Origin: a bacterium | GTDB lineage: Bacteria > Patescibacteriota > Patescibacteriia > SG8-24 | Direction: 5' to 3' | Length of the DNA stretch: 64,000 nucleotides | NCBI GenBank assembly: GCA_021824285.1 | Contig: JAKAKZ010000004.1 | Location: forward strand, 225 to 64,224 | Shown: one piece after another, positions 27,046 to 36,687 of the stretch | Position numbering within the stretch: the first letter of the stretch is position 1 | Layout: each line of letters opens with the position of its first letter | Notes under the pieces: model-generated | What the model was told of the DNA's origin: nothing | Database searches by the model: none | The model's input: only the letters and a program-made list of their open reading frames with translations | Made by a program: the position numbers and the translations under genes

Positions 27046-27827
27046 CCGAGTCTGACGGTTTCGAGTTCAACCGGCCGGCCGAGCCAGTCGGAAGCGATGC
27101 GCGCGAACTGGTCCGTGCGGTCGCTGACCGTATAGCTGTCCGAACCGACGCGGTCGAGGGACTTGGCCAATTCCGGATTGACGGCCAGATGGCGCTTGAG
27201 TGCGGCCACGGTTTCCCGGGCCGGATCGATTAGCCGCACTCCCTTGCCCACCGCCGCGGCGATGACCGGGCGCAGGAAAGGATAGTGCGTGCAGCCCAAA
27301 ATCAGGGTATCAATGCGGCGTAATTTTAGCTGATTAAGGTAAGTTCTGGCAACTTCCCGGACCGCCTTGGAGCGGTGCCAGCCCTCCTCCACGAATGGCA
27401 CGAAAAGCGGACACGGCTCGGCGAAGACTTCCGCCTCCGGTGCCTCGATCTCCAGGTGGTGCTGGTAAGTCCCAGAACCGACCGTAGCGCGCGTACCGAT
27501 CAGGCCGATGCGGCCCTTCGTGACCTTGACCGCCGCGGCCACGGCCGGCGAAATCACCTCCCAAACCGGCACCGGGAGCTCGGCCCGCAGCGTGCCCATG
27601 GCAACCGCGGAAGCCGTATTGCAGGCCACGACGATGATCTGCGCCCCGCGGGAGACCAAAAACCGCGCGTCCTCCAAGGCGTACTGGCTGATGAGCTCTT
27701 TGCTTTTGCCGCCATAGGGCGTACGGGCCGTATCGCCGAAATAGGCGATGCGGTAACCGGGCATCTGGCGATGCAGTTCTTTGACGACCGTCAGTCCGCC
27801 GAGTCCGGAATCGAAGACGCCGATCAT
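27042..27827 (-). CDS. murI: glutamate racemase
   Basis: MIGVFDSGLGGLTV... is the hallmark N-terminus. The track ORF extends to 27908 only by translating the family-B repeat. Confidence 0.85.
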   Translation of the reverse strand: MIGVFDSGLGGLTVVKELHRQMPGYRIAYFGDTARTPYGGKSKELISQYALEDARFLVSRGAQIIVVACNTASAVAMGTLRAELPVPVWEVISPAVAAAVKVTKGRIGLIGTRATVGSGTYQHHLEIEAPEAEVFAEPCPLFVPFVEEGWHRSKAVREVARTYLNQLKLRRIDTLILGCTHYPFLRPVIAAAVGKGVRLIDPARETVAALKRHLAVNPELAKSLDRVGSDSYTVSDRTDQFARIASDWLGRPVELETVRLG

Positions 27828-27830
27828 GGT

Positions 27831-27913
27831 GGTGGAGGTTTGGAGGTGTGGAGGTTTGGAGGTGTGGAGTATTGCTTTCTCCAAACCTCCAAGACTCCAA
27901 ACCTCCAAACCTC
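27831..27913. repeat. long imperfect hairpin of the GT-rich / CA-rich dispersed repeat (family B)
   Basis: ggaggtttggaggtgtggaggtttggaggtgtggag - tattgcttt - ctccaaacctccaagactccaaacctccaaacctc. It fills the gap between the phosphohexomutase stop and the murI start. Confidence 0.6.
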
Positions 27914-27916
27914 TAA

Positions 27917-29284
27917 TTACGCTCTAATTAACCCCAAAAGCTCTTCCTGCTTGGATTCCATCTTAGTCCGCGATTTGGCTTCCAGATTCAAGCGCAACAA
28001 CGGTTCGGTGTTGGAAGAACGGACGGAAAACCACCAGTCCTCCTCCGGCCGGACAGCATCGCGGAAATCATAGCGCAGACCGTCTATCGTGGTCTCGGTC
28101 GCTGCCTCATGCCCGTAGGACTCACGCAGGCGGGCAAAGACAAGGGAGGGGTCGGCGACTTCGGAATTGATCTCGCCGGAATGGTGGTAGCGGCGGAGCG
28201 GCGCGACGATTTCGGAAAGGGGTTTCTTAAGCCGCGACATCATGGCCATGATGAGCAGCATAGCCACGTCCGACGACTCGCAGCCGTAGAGGTCACGGAA
28301 ATAGAAATGCAGCGACAGCTCGCCGCCGAAGATGGCGCCGGTCTGGCGCAGGAGCGGCTTGATCAGCCCGTGGCCGACCGGGCACATGACCGGATTGCCG
28401 CCCGCGGCCGCAATTGCCTCGGCCGTCGCCATGCTGGAGCGCACGTCGTAGAGAACGGTCGCACCCGGCTCGGCCGGCAGGAGCTCGGCCGACAATAGCG
28501 CGGTCAGCAGATCGCCGCGCACGACCTCGCCGCGCTCGTCCACGACGCCGATGCGATCACCGTCGCCGTCGAACGCGAAACCCACGTCCGCGCCCTCGCG
28601 CCGTACCCGCTCCGCGAGCATCACGAGGGTTTCCTCCTTGAGCGGGTTGGCCTCATGGTTCGGAAAATTGCCGTTCGGCTCCAGACAGAGGGTCTTATAG
28701 GTCACGCGGCGGCAGCGGTCCAAGAGGTCCTTGATGATGGCCCCCTCCATGCCGTTTCCGGTATCCGTCACTACCTTTAATTTGGCTAAGTACTGCGGTT
28801 CTACGGCCTCAAAGAGGCGGTCCAGATAATCGCTCCGAATGTCGGTTTCGACGATGGTTCCCGGCTCCCCGACTTCCGGATAGGGGCCGGCTGCGGCCAG
28901 ATCGCGGATTTCCGCCATGCCGGTCGTCGCGCCGATGGGACTGGCGTCGCCCAGACAGAGCTTGATGCCGTTGTACTCCTTCGGATTGTGGGACGCGGTG
29001 ATCATCGCGCCAGCGTCGTGCAGGTCATAGGCGCCGACGGTGAAGTAGAGCATCGGGGTCGTGACCTGGCCGATGTCGATGACGTCAGCACCGAGCGAGT
29101 TCACGCCGCGGGCTAACGCCTCAAACAGTTCCGGCGAGGTAGCGCGCATGTCGCGACCCACCACCACGGCCTTGGCGCCGGAGAATTTCACGAGCGCCTG
29201 ACCGACGCGGTAGGCGGTGTCCGCGTCGAGCTGTCCGGGGGCTAGGCCGCGGATGTCGTAAGCCTTGAAAATTTTCTGGTCCAT
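27917..29284 (-). CDS. phosphoglucomutase/phosphomannomutase family (alpha-D-phosphohexomutase)
   Basis: FKAYDIRG start region and the TASHNP active-site serine loop. The internal Met is taken as start. Confidence 0.8.
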   Translation of the reverse strand: MDQKIFKAYDIRGLAPGQLDADTAYRVGQALVKFSGAKAVVVGRDMRATSPELFEALARGVNSLGADVIDIGQVTTPMLYFTVGAYDLHDAGAMITASHNPKEYNGIKLCLGDASPIGATTGMAEIRDLAAAGPYPEVGEPGTIVETDIRSDYLDRLFEAVEPQYLAKLKVVTDTGNGMEGAIIKDLLDRCRRVTYKTLCLEPNGNFPNHEANPLKEETLVMLAERVRREGADVGFAFDGDGDRIGVVDERGEVVRGDLLTALLSAELLPAEPGATVLYDVRSSMATAEAIAAAGGNPVMCPVGHGLIKPLLRQTGAIFGGELSLHFYFRDLYGCESSDVAMLLIMAMMSRLKKPLSEIVAPLRRYHHSGEINSEVADPSLVFARLRESYGHEAATETTIDGLRYDFRDAVRPEEDWWFSVRSSNTEPLLRLNLEAKSRTKMESKQEELLGLIRA

Positions 29285-29394
29285 AAGGTAAGGGGTGCGG
29301 GCTGGCAGGGAACCGCGCGGCACCTATAGAAAATAGCACTCCCCGGCTCGAATCCTCAACCCCGCCGGAACATTGCAGCCGACGAAAAACACCC

Positions 29395-29421
29395 GCCGAT
29401 GGCGGGTGCAAGACGAGGTGT
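29395..29421 (-). terminator. rho-independent terminator for 29422..29661
   Basis: cacccgcc-atcg-gcgggtg followed by tttttcg on the minus strand. Confidence 0.5.
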
Positions 29422-29661
29422 TCAGCGACGGCGGACGGACTTCAGGACGGACCGACCGGCGGGGCCGGTGCGGGAGGGGCGGCGCCAGTAGCTCGCGATG
29501 ATCGCGTCGGGGTCGTCGCCGGGCTCGGCCCGCAGGCTCCGGCCCTCGAACCGCGCCGTAACGGTCTGCTTGATGTCGTTGGCCAAGGAGACCATCCCCT
29601 GGGCCGCGGTCTTGATGGTGTCGCCGAGTTTCGGGTTGTAGGTGATCACGTTGTCCTCCAA
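29422..29661 (-). CDS. hypothetical small protein
   Basis: 79 aa. A terminator lies directly downstream. Confidence 0.4.
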   Translation of the reverse strand: MEDNVITYNPKLGDTIKTAAQGMVSLANDIKQTVTARFEGRSLRAEPGDDPDAIIASYWRRPSRTGPAGRSVLKSVRRR

Positions 29662-29871
29662 AAACGGTGCCGTGCCTCCCGCACGACTGGGCCAGACGAC
29701 TGCTGGAAGCTCAATCTAGCAATAAATGCGGTGGCAGTCAACTATTGGCCGCGTGATCATTCAAGCATAAACATATCCACTTTACCCTTATGCCCCACCA
29801 TTTTATAATGAAAGGGTCTAAAATAAGGCTACTTGGCCTTATCCATATCTGCGGCGCTGGCCGCGAAAATT

Positions 29872-30426
29872 ATGAACCTTATTCCGCTCATCCTGCTCGG
29901 GGCACTGGTGCTGCTCGTCGGCTGGCTTGTCGCCGTCTATAACGGCCTGGTGACCCTCAAAAACCGCACTGACGAGGCCTGGTCGGATATCGATGTCCAG
30001 CTCAAACGCCGCTACGACCTCATCCCCAACCTGCTGGAAACTGTGAAGGGCTATGCCGCGCACGAGGCCGGCACGCTCGAAAAAGTCGTGCAAGCGCGCA
30101 ACATGGCCATGAACGCCCAAGGCACCGCTGAAAAAGCGCAAGCGGAAAACATGCTCTCCAACACGCTGAAATCGATTTTCGCGCTTTCCGAGAGCTACCC
30201 AAACCTCAAGGCCAACGAGAATTTCGCCCAGCTCATGACTGAACTCAAGGACACGGAAGACAAGATCCAGGCCGCGCGCCGCTTCTTCAACGCCAACGTC
30301 CGCGACTTCAACACCAAGATCGAGGTCTTTCCGAACAACCTGATTGCCGCGAAGCTGCAGTTCAAGAAATACGAGTTCTTCGAGGCCAACGGCCAGGAGC
30401 GCGAGGCGGTAAAGGTGCAGTTCTAA
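29872..30426 (+). CDS. lemA: LemA-family membrane protein
   Basis: N-terminal TM followed by the conserved EAWSDIDVQLKRRYDLIPNL segment. The internal Met is taken as start. Confidence 0.8.
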   Translation: MNLIPLILLGALVLLVGWLVAVYNGLVTLKNRTDEAWSDIDVQLKRRYDLIPNLLETVKGYAAHEAGTLEKVVQARNMAMNAQGTAEKAQAENMLSNTLKSIFALSESYPNLKANENFAQLMTELKDTEDKIQAARRFFNANVRDFNTKIEVFPNNLIAAKLQFKKYEFFEANGQEREAVKVQF

Positions 30427-30429
30427 AAG

Positions 30430-30506
30430 CGTGAAGGGTGGAGCGTGAAGGGTGAAGCTTGATGAATTTTCAACTCCACACTCCCAACTCCACACTCCAC
30501 ACTCCC
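30430..30506. repeat. family-B GT-rich / CA-rich repeat between lemA and htpX
   Basis: gtgaagggtggagcgtgaagggtgaag ... ctccacactcccaactccacactccacactccc. Confidence 0.55.
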
Positions 30507-30507
30507 G

Positions 30508-31398
30508 ATGACCACTTACGACTTCATCTCCGGCAACAAGCGCAAGACGGCCCTGCTCATGGCCGTCTTTGCGGCGTTTGTGCTGGCCATCGGCTGGTTC
30601 CTGGATCGGGTTTATGACACCGGCGGCGCGGCCGTCATCATCGCCGGCGGCTATTCGGTCGTCTCCGGCCTCGTCAGCTATTACGCGGGCGACCGGATGG
30701 CCCTCGCCATGTCCGGCGCCCGGCCGGTGAACGTCGAAGATGCGCCGCGCCTCGTGCACACCATCGAAAACCTCTGCATCGCTTCCGGCACCCCTCTGCC
30801 GAAAATCCACATCATCCCCGACCCGGCCATCAATGCCTTCGCCACGGGACGGGATCCGGAGCACGCTTCCATCGCGGTCACGACCGGCGCCCTGGAGAAG
30901 CTGGATAACGGCGAACTGGAAGGCGTGCTGGCGCACGAGCTGTCGCACATCCGCAACTACGATATCCGGCTCATGACTGTGGTCATCGTGCTGGTCGGCA
31001 CGGTCGCCATGCTGTCGCAGATATTCTTCCGCTTCGGCAGGTGGGGCGGCCGATCACGCGATCGCCGCGGCGGCGACGGCGGCCTCCTCCTGCTCATCGG
31101 TGCGGTCCTGCTAATCTTCGCCCCGCTCATCGCGCAGCTGATCAAGCTGGCGGTCTCCCGGCGCCGCGAATACCTAGCGGACGCGTCCGGCGCGCTCCTG
31201 ACCCGCTTCCCCGACGGCCTGGCCAGCGCGCTCCGCAAGATCCAGGTCGAAAACCAGCCGCTTCAGAACCGTTCCGCCGCGACCGCGCACCTCTACATCG
31301 CCAATCCCTACTCCGGCAGCGCCTTCGCCGACCTCTTCTCGACCCATCCGCCAATCGAGAAACGCATCACCGCGCTGGAGAAGATGGGACGGGCATAA
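30508..31398 (+). CDS. htpX: zinc metalloprotease HtpX (M48)
   Basis: HELSH zinc motif and a downstream EYLAD glutamate. 4 TM. Confidence 0.9.
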   Translation: MTTYDFISGNKRKTALLMAVFAAFVLAIGWFLDRVYDTGGAAVIIAGGYSVVSGLVSYYAGDRMALAMSGARPVNVEDAPRLVHTIENLCIASGTPLPKIHIIPDPAINAFATGRDPEHASIAVTTGALEKLDNGELEGVLAHELSHIRNYDIRLMTVVIVLVGTVAMLSQIFFRFGRWGGRSRDRRGGDGGLLLLIGAVLLIFAPLIAQLIKLAVSRRREYLADASGALLTRFPDGLASALRKIQVENQPLQNRSAATAHLYIANPYSGSAFADLFSTHPPIEKRITALEKMGRA

Positions 31399-31490
31399 AG
31401 TTTAGAAGTTTAAGAGTGTAAAGGTCTAAAGGTCGTGCGTCGCGCGACCTCTCGACCTCTAAACCCTTAAACCCCTAAACCCACATCACC

Positions 31491-34061
31491 ATGGACATCC
31501 TCGACAAGTTCACTTCGCATCTCAAGAGCGTGCTGGCGAAATCCTATTCGCTGGCCGTGGAGGCCGGCTCATCCGACATCAACCCGGAGCATCTCCTGCT
31601 CTCCCTGCTGCTGCAGAAGGGCAGCCTTGGCGGCGAACTGCTCCGCAAGTCCGATGTCGGCGCGGAACCGGTCCGCGCCATGCTGGGGCGGCTGCGCGGC
31701 CTCGACCAGCCGGAAACGGCGACCCACGCGCACGCCCTGCCGAAACTCTCGCCGGACGCCAAGCGGGCCATCGAGAAGGCCGTGCTCACGGCCAACGTGC
31801 ACGAGCATAAATACGTCGGCACCGAGCACCTGCTCGCCGGGCTCCTGGACATCAATTCCCCGGCCATCGAGGCCATCATGAACGACCAGGACGTGGATAT
31901 CCTGAACCTCAAGGAGAAGGTCGAGGACAACCTGCGCGGCACGTCGCGGTTCCCGGAGATTACCGAGACTTTTGAGGCCGGCAAGGCCCCGCAGAAGGAC
32001 AAGGCCGAAGCGAAGGAGGAATCCAAACCGGCCAAGAAGCAGAAGGCCGCCGCCAAGGCCGCGCAGAAGACGCCCGCACTCGACTTCTTCGCCGTGGACA
32101 TGACCACGCCGGAATACCAGAAGAAGGTCGACCCGGTCATCGGCCGCGACAAGGAGATCGAGCGGCTGATCCAGATTCTCTGCCGCCGCACCAAGAACAA
32201 CCCGGCGCTCCTCGGCGAGCCGGGCGTAGGCAAGACCGCCATCGTGGAGGGACTGGCCAAGAAGATCGCGCAGGGCGAGGTGCCGGACGTGCTCACGGGC
32301 AAGCGCATCTACTCGCTGGACCTCGGCCTGATGCTCGCCGGCACCATCTACCGCGGCGAATTCGAGGGCCGTATCAAGCAGATTGTGGACGAGGTGAAAG
32401 CCGACCCGGACATCATCCTGTTCATCGACGAGCTGCACAACATCATGGGCGCCGGCGCCACTTCCGGCTCCATCGACGCCGCCAACCTGCTGAAGCCCGC
32501 CCTGGCGCGCGGTGAACTGCACTGCATCGGCGCGACGACCCTCAACGAATACAAGAAGCACATCGAGAACGACAGCGCGCTCGAGCGCCGCTTCCAGTCG
32601 ATAATCGTCGACCCGCCGACGCCGGAACACGCCGTCATCATCCTCAAGGGCGTGCGCAGCAACTACGAGCAGTACCACGGCGTGGAAATCAGCGACGAGG
32701 CCATCGAAGCCGCGGTCCAGCTCTCTGAACGCTACATGACCGACCGCTTCCTGCCGGACAAGGCCGTGGACCTGATTGATGAAGCCGCCGCCTGCGTGCG
32801 CGTCGCCCACTCCGCCGAGGCAGGCGCGCGCAAAATCGCGCTGGCCGAAGAGGAGCTGGAGAAGATCAACAAGAAGAAGCAGAAGGCCGTCTCCGGCGAG
32901 AACTTCATCGAGGCGCTGGACCTCAAAGCCCGCGAAAAGCAGCTGGAACACGAGATCGTCCGCCTGCGCCGCGAAGCCGCCTCCAAGGACAAGCCGAAGG
33001 TCGGCCGCATCGGTCGCGCTGACGTGGCGGCCGTCATCGCCCGGGCCACCGGCATCCCCGCCTCCGAGCTTCTCGCCACGGAAAAGGATCGCCTGCTCAA
33101 GATGGAGAAAATCCTCGGTGGCCGGCTCATCGGCCAGGACGAGGCCGTGGCCGCGGTCTCCGAGACCGTGCGCCGCGCCAAGACCGGCATCGGCCACCCG
33201 GGCCGCCCGCTCGCCTCTTTCCTGTTCGTCGGCCCCTCCGGCGTGGGCAAGACCGAGATGGCTAAACTCCTCGCCGAGACTGCCTTCCAGGACCCGCGCG
33301 CGCTAGTGCGCATCGACATGTCCGAGTTCTCCGAGGGCTTCAACATCTCGAAGCTCATCGGCGCGCCGGCGGGCTACGTCGGCTACAAGGAGGGCAACAA
33401 GTTCACGGATGTCATCAAGCGCAAGCCGCACTCCGTGGTGCTCTTCGACGAGATCGAGAAGGCACACCCGGATGTCCATAACCTGCTGCTGCAGATCCTC
33501 GAGGACGGCCACATCACGGACGCCACGGGCCGCAAGGTGGATTTCAAGCACACCATCATCGTCATGACCTCGAACGTCGGCGCCCAGCAGATGTCCGCAG
33601 GCAGCATCGGGTTCTCTTCGGCCGCCGATGGCGAGGTCAACGAAGAGCTGGCCGAGGAGATCAAGAGCCGCGCGCAGAAGGAGTTGGAGAGCGCCTTCCG
33701 GCCGGATTTCCTGAACCGCATAGACAAGGTGATCGCCTTCCGCCCGCTCGGCAAGTCCGACCTCGAGCAGATCGTCCGCCTGCAGATTGCGGATCTCGAC
33801 GGCCGCATCTCCCGCGACTACGGGGTGCATGTCAGCGTACAGGCGCCGGCCGTGGCCATCATCGCGGAGAAGGCCTGGAATCCCCTCTTCGGGGCGCGCG
33901 GCGTGCGCCGCCAGATCCAGGAGCTGGTCGAGAATCCGCTGGCCAAACGTCTGCTCGAAGACGACTGCGTCTCGGGCGACAGCTTCGTCCTGGGGGCGAA
34001 GAGCGGAGCTCTAGCGCTCGTAAAGAAACAGACCCATGCCCGCGCCGCAGCCGCCAATTGA
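31491..34061 (+). CDS. Clp/Hsp100 ATPase with two AAA+ modules, ClpC-type short middle domain
   Basis: Clp N-domain repeats, Walker A GEPGVGKT and GPSGVGKT, and a sensor arginine. The M-domain is about 60 aa, which is ClpC-like rather than ClpB-like. Confidence 0.9.
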   Translation: MDILDKFTSHLKSVLAKSYSLAVEAGSSDINPEHLLLSLLLQKGSLGGELLRKSDVGAEPVRAMLGRLRGLDQPETATHAHALPKLSPDAKRAIEKAVLTANVHEHKYVGTEHLLAGLLDINSPAIEAIMNDQDVDILNLKEKVEDNLRGTSRFPEITETFEAGKAPQKDKAEAKEESKPAKKQKAAAKAAQKTPALDFFAVDMTTPEYQKKVDPVIGRDKEIERLIQILCRRTKNNPALLGEPGVGKTAIVEGLAKKIAQGEVPDVLTGKRIYSLDLGLMLAGTIYRGEFEGRIKQIVDEVKADPDIILFIDELHNIMGAGATSGSIDAANLLKPALARGELHCIGATTLNEYKKHIENDSALERRFQSIIVDPPTPEHAVIILKGVRSNYEQYHGVEISDEAIEAAVQLSERYMTDRFLPDKAVDLIDEAAACVRVAHSAEAGARKIALAEEELEKINKKKQKAVSGENFIEALDLKAREKQLEHEIVRLRREAASKDKPKVGRIGRADVAAVIARATGIPASELLATEKDRLLKMEKILGGRLIGQDEAVAAVSETVRRAKTGIGHPGRPLASFLFVGPSGVGKTEMAKLLAETAFQDPRALVRIDMSEFSEGFNISKLIGAPAGYVGYKEGNKFTDVIKRKPHSVVLFDEIEKAHPDVHNLLLQILEDGHITDATGRKVDFKHTIIVMTSNVGAQQMSAGSIGFSSAADGEVNEELAEEIKSRAQKELESAFRPDFLNRIDKVIAFRPLGKSDLEQIVRLQIADLDGRISRDYGVHVSVQAPAVAIIAEKAWNPLFGARGVRRQIQELVENPLAKRLLEDDCVSGDSFVLGAKSGALALVKKQTHARAAAAN

Positions 34062-34701
34062 ATTCCGACCGAAGCCGAAGCCGGTCTCTCCGACCGGCGC
34101 GGGAATAAGCGTCCCGGAACGCCCACGGGCTCAAGCCGCGGCGCCAGCGGCACCGGAGAATCAAGGCTACGTCGGGGAAGATGACGAGGAAGAGGCGGGG
34201 GAGCCGATGGAGGCCGGTGCCGAAGAGCCGGAAGATGTCGACGTGACCGATCTTTCGCAAATATCGCAGATTGCGGTCGGCGTCGGCTCCGGCGTGTTCT
34301 GGCGCTACGCGCTGGCCTATACGTCCTTTTTCATCATCCCGGCGGGAATCTTCTGGCTGGTCAACCTCGGTTCGAACCGCGACTTCATAACAAAATGCGG
34401 CCAACTCAAGCAGCTGAAGGATAAGCTGCCGACGGACCAGATCATCAAGCTCATTCCACCGCCCTACCAGCTGCTGGCCCGCGCCATTTCGCTGGCCATC
34501 GATATCGGACCGGGACCGCTCATCTTCGCGACCTGTCAGATTTCCGTGCTCCTCTCGGCTATGGGTATAGCCGTCCTGATGGTTTACGCGTTCTTCTTCT
34601 TTACGGTCGACTATTGCAAGGCCGCAAGTCACATCAATGAGTGCATCAGCATTTTCGGCTGGAAAGCGATGCTGAATATCCTTAAAGACATCTACGGCTA
34701 A
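34036..34701 (+). CDS. hypothetical 4-TM membrane protein with acidic N-terminal region
   Basis: 221 aa. The start is uncertain and a downstream Met (MEAGAEEPEDV...) would avoid the overlap with clp. Confidence 0.45.
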   Translation: MPAPQPPIEFRPKPKPVSPTGAGISVPERPRAQAAAPAAPENQGYVGEDDEEEAGEPMEAGAEEPEDVDVTDLSQISQIAVGVGSGVFWRYALAYTSFFIIPAGIFWLVNLGSNRDFITKCGQLKQLKDKLPTDQIIKLIPPPYQLLARAISLAIDIGPGPLIFATCQISVLLSAMGIAVLMVYAFFFFTVDYCKAASHINECISIFGWKAMLNILKDIYG

Positions 34702-34736
34702 GCCCGCCGTCACCAAATGCCCTTAGCGCCTCGCCT

Positions 34737-35978
34737 ATGAACCTGAAACGCGTCGCCATCATCGCCCTATTCATCTTGGCCGTCGTGCTCGGCGGACTGG
34801 TGCTATACCGGATTTTTTTCCGGCCGCTCCTCACCATCCAACCGCCCGCTCCGGGAGCCGAAAACACCGTGAACGGCGGCGGGTTGCAGCCCTCCGTGAA
34901 CGGCCGGCCAGTGACGGTGCCGACCAACGTCAACGCGCGGCCGACGACACCGCCGCCCGTGACGCCGACGCGACCGGCCGTCTCCCCCACCGCACAGGGC
35001 GGCGTAACGGCCGTAACCCAACTCGAAACGGCACCGACGGTCGGCGCGACGCTCGCTGCGGACGGTACGCTGCGCTTCTACAATAAAGATGACGGCAAAT
35101 TCTACCGGCTGAACGCCGACGGCACCATGTCGACCATCTCCAATAAGACTTTCTTCAACGTCAGTGCCGCGACCTTCAACCCGCAGGGCAGCGGCGTCAT
35201 CCTGGAATACCCTGACCGCACCAAGTTCTTCTACGACTTCAACGCCAACCGCCAATACACGATCCCCCAACACTGGGAGCAGTTCCAGTTCAGCCCGGGC
35301 GGCGACAAGATCGAGACGAAAAGCATGACCTTAGACGCGGAAAACCGCTACCTGGTCATCTCCAACCCCGACGGCTCCGGCGCCAAGGCGATTCAGGAGC
35401 TGGGCAACAATGCGGACAAGGTGGCGCTGGCCTGGTCACCGAACAACCAGATCGTCGCCACTGCGGCCACGGGCACCAACCAGGGGCTCGGCCGCACGGA
35501 AGTCTACTTCGTCGGACAGAACAACGAGAATTTCAAGTCCATGATGGTCGAGGGCATCGACTTCCGGCCCCAGTGGTCTCCGACGGGCAACAACATGCTC
35601 TACAGCGTGACCGGTCCGCTCACGGATTGGCGGCCGACGCTCTGGGTAGTCGACGCGAGCGGCCAGAACGTCGGGTCCGGCCGCCGGATGCTCAACCTCA
35701 ACACCTGGGCCGACAAATGCAGTTTCGCGGGCGGCACCACCCTTTACTGCGCCGTACCGCAGACGCTCGAGCGCGGCGCCGGCCTCCAGCCTGACGTCGC
35801 CGATACCACTCCGGACGACATCTACCGCGTCGATCTCACGACCGGCACCCAGACCAAGATCGCCACGCCGGAGGGCGACCACACCGTGGACAAACTGATG
35901 CCCTCATCCGACGGCCAATATCTCTTCTTCACGGACCGGGGTTCGGGATTGATCAACAAGATCAAACTCGCACCGTAA
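34737..35978 (+). CDS. membrane-anchored beta-propeller (TolB/PD40-like) protein
   Basis: N-terminal TM, a Pro/Thr-rich linker, then repeated DG..I/..Y.. blade-like segments (PDGSGAKAI, SPNNQIVA, SPTGNNMLYS, SSDGQYLFFTD). Confidence 0.55.
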   Translation: MNLKRVAIIALFILAVVLGGLVLYRIFFRPLLTIQPPAPGAENTVNGGGLQPSVNGRPVTVPTNVNARPTTPPPVTPTRPAVSPTAQGGVTAVTQLETAPTVGATLAADGTLRFYNKDDGKFYRLNADGTMSTISNKTFFNVSAATFNPQGSGVILEYPDRTKFFYDFNANRQYTIPQHWEQFQFSPGGDKIETKSMTLDAENRYLVISNPDGSGAKAIQELGNNADKVALAWSPNNQIVATAATGTNQGLGRTEVYFVGQNNENFKSMMVEGIDFRPQWSPTGNNMLYSVTGPLTDWRPTLWVVDASGQNVGSGRRMLNLNTWADKCSFAGGTTLYCAVPQTLERGAGLQPDVADTTPDDIYRVDLTTGTQTKIATPEGDHTVDKLMPSSDGQYLFFTDRGSGLINKIKLAP

Positions 35979-35981
35979 GCT

Positions 35982-36671
35982 ATGCGCACCTCACCTGCCG
36001 TTCCGGCCATCATCGGACTCGCGGCACTGACCGTGCTTTTGGTCTTCGGAATCACGGCCTATTCCGACTACAAGGCGGTCACGCCCGCGCCGACGCCGGC
36101 CACGGCCGACGGCACCGGCAACGCCGAGCAGAAAGCGCCGAAAATCGACTTTGCCAACCCCTCCATCGGCCCGACCGATGCGCCCTTGACCATCGTCGTC
36201 TACGGGGACTATCTTTGCGGCGCCTGCGGCGACCAGGAAAAAACGCTCCTCGAAACGCTCAAGGAATTCAGCGGCAAATTCCGGCTGGTCTGGAAGGATC
36301 TGCCGAATGAAACCGCCCATCCCGGCGCGGGCGCCATGGCCGAAGCGGCACGATGCGCCGGCTTGCAGGGGCAGTTCTGGTCCATGCATGATCGCCTATT
36401 CGCTAACCAGGATACGCTCAACGGATCCTCCCTGCCGGCCTTGGCCGAAGGGCTGAACATGGATACGAACGCCTTCCAGTCTTGCGTGACTGACCGCAGC
36501 GCCAAACCGCTGATCGACCGCGATGTCGAAGAGGCGGTGGCCCTCAAAATAGATGCGACACCATACATGTTCGTCGGCACCCGCCGCATCTCCGGCGCCA
36601 TGGGGGCAGCCGAGCTGAAGACGGTGATCGCGGCGCAGCTGGAGGCAGCGACGCCAAAGGCCAAGCCATAA
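35982..36671 (+). CDS. DsbA-like thiol:disulfide oxidoreductase
   Basis: N-terminal TM anchor and a thioredoxin fold with CGAC active site (YGDYLCGACGD). Confidence 0.75.
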   Translation: MRTSPAVPAIIGLAALTVLLVFGITAYSDYKAVTPAPTPATADGTGNAEQKAPKIDFANPSIGPTDAPLTIVVYGDYLCGACGDQEKTLLETLKEFSGKFRLVWKDLPNETAHPGAGAMAEAARCAGLQGQFWSMHDRLFANQDTLNGSSLPALAEGLNMDTNAFQSCVTDRSAKPLIDRDVEEAVALKIDATPYMFVGTRRISGAMGAAELKTVIAAQLEAATPKAKP

Positions 36672-36687
36672 TCGCCACAACCAACCT

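Noticed and set aside
27828-27908. N-terminal extension of murI (MEVWSLGGLEKAILHTSKPPHLQTSTT...)
   Set aside because: It is the translation of the family-B repeat hairpin. The conserved MIGVFDSGLGG start follows, so the gene was trimmed to 27827.
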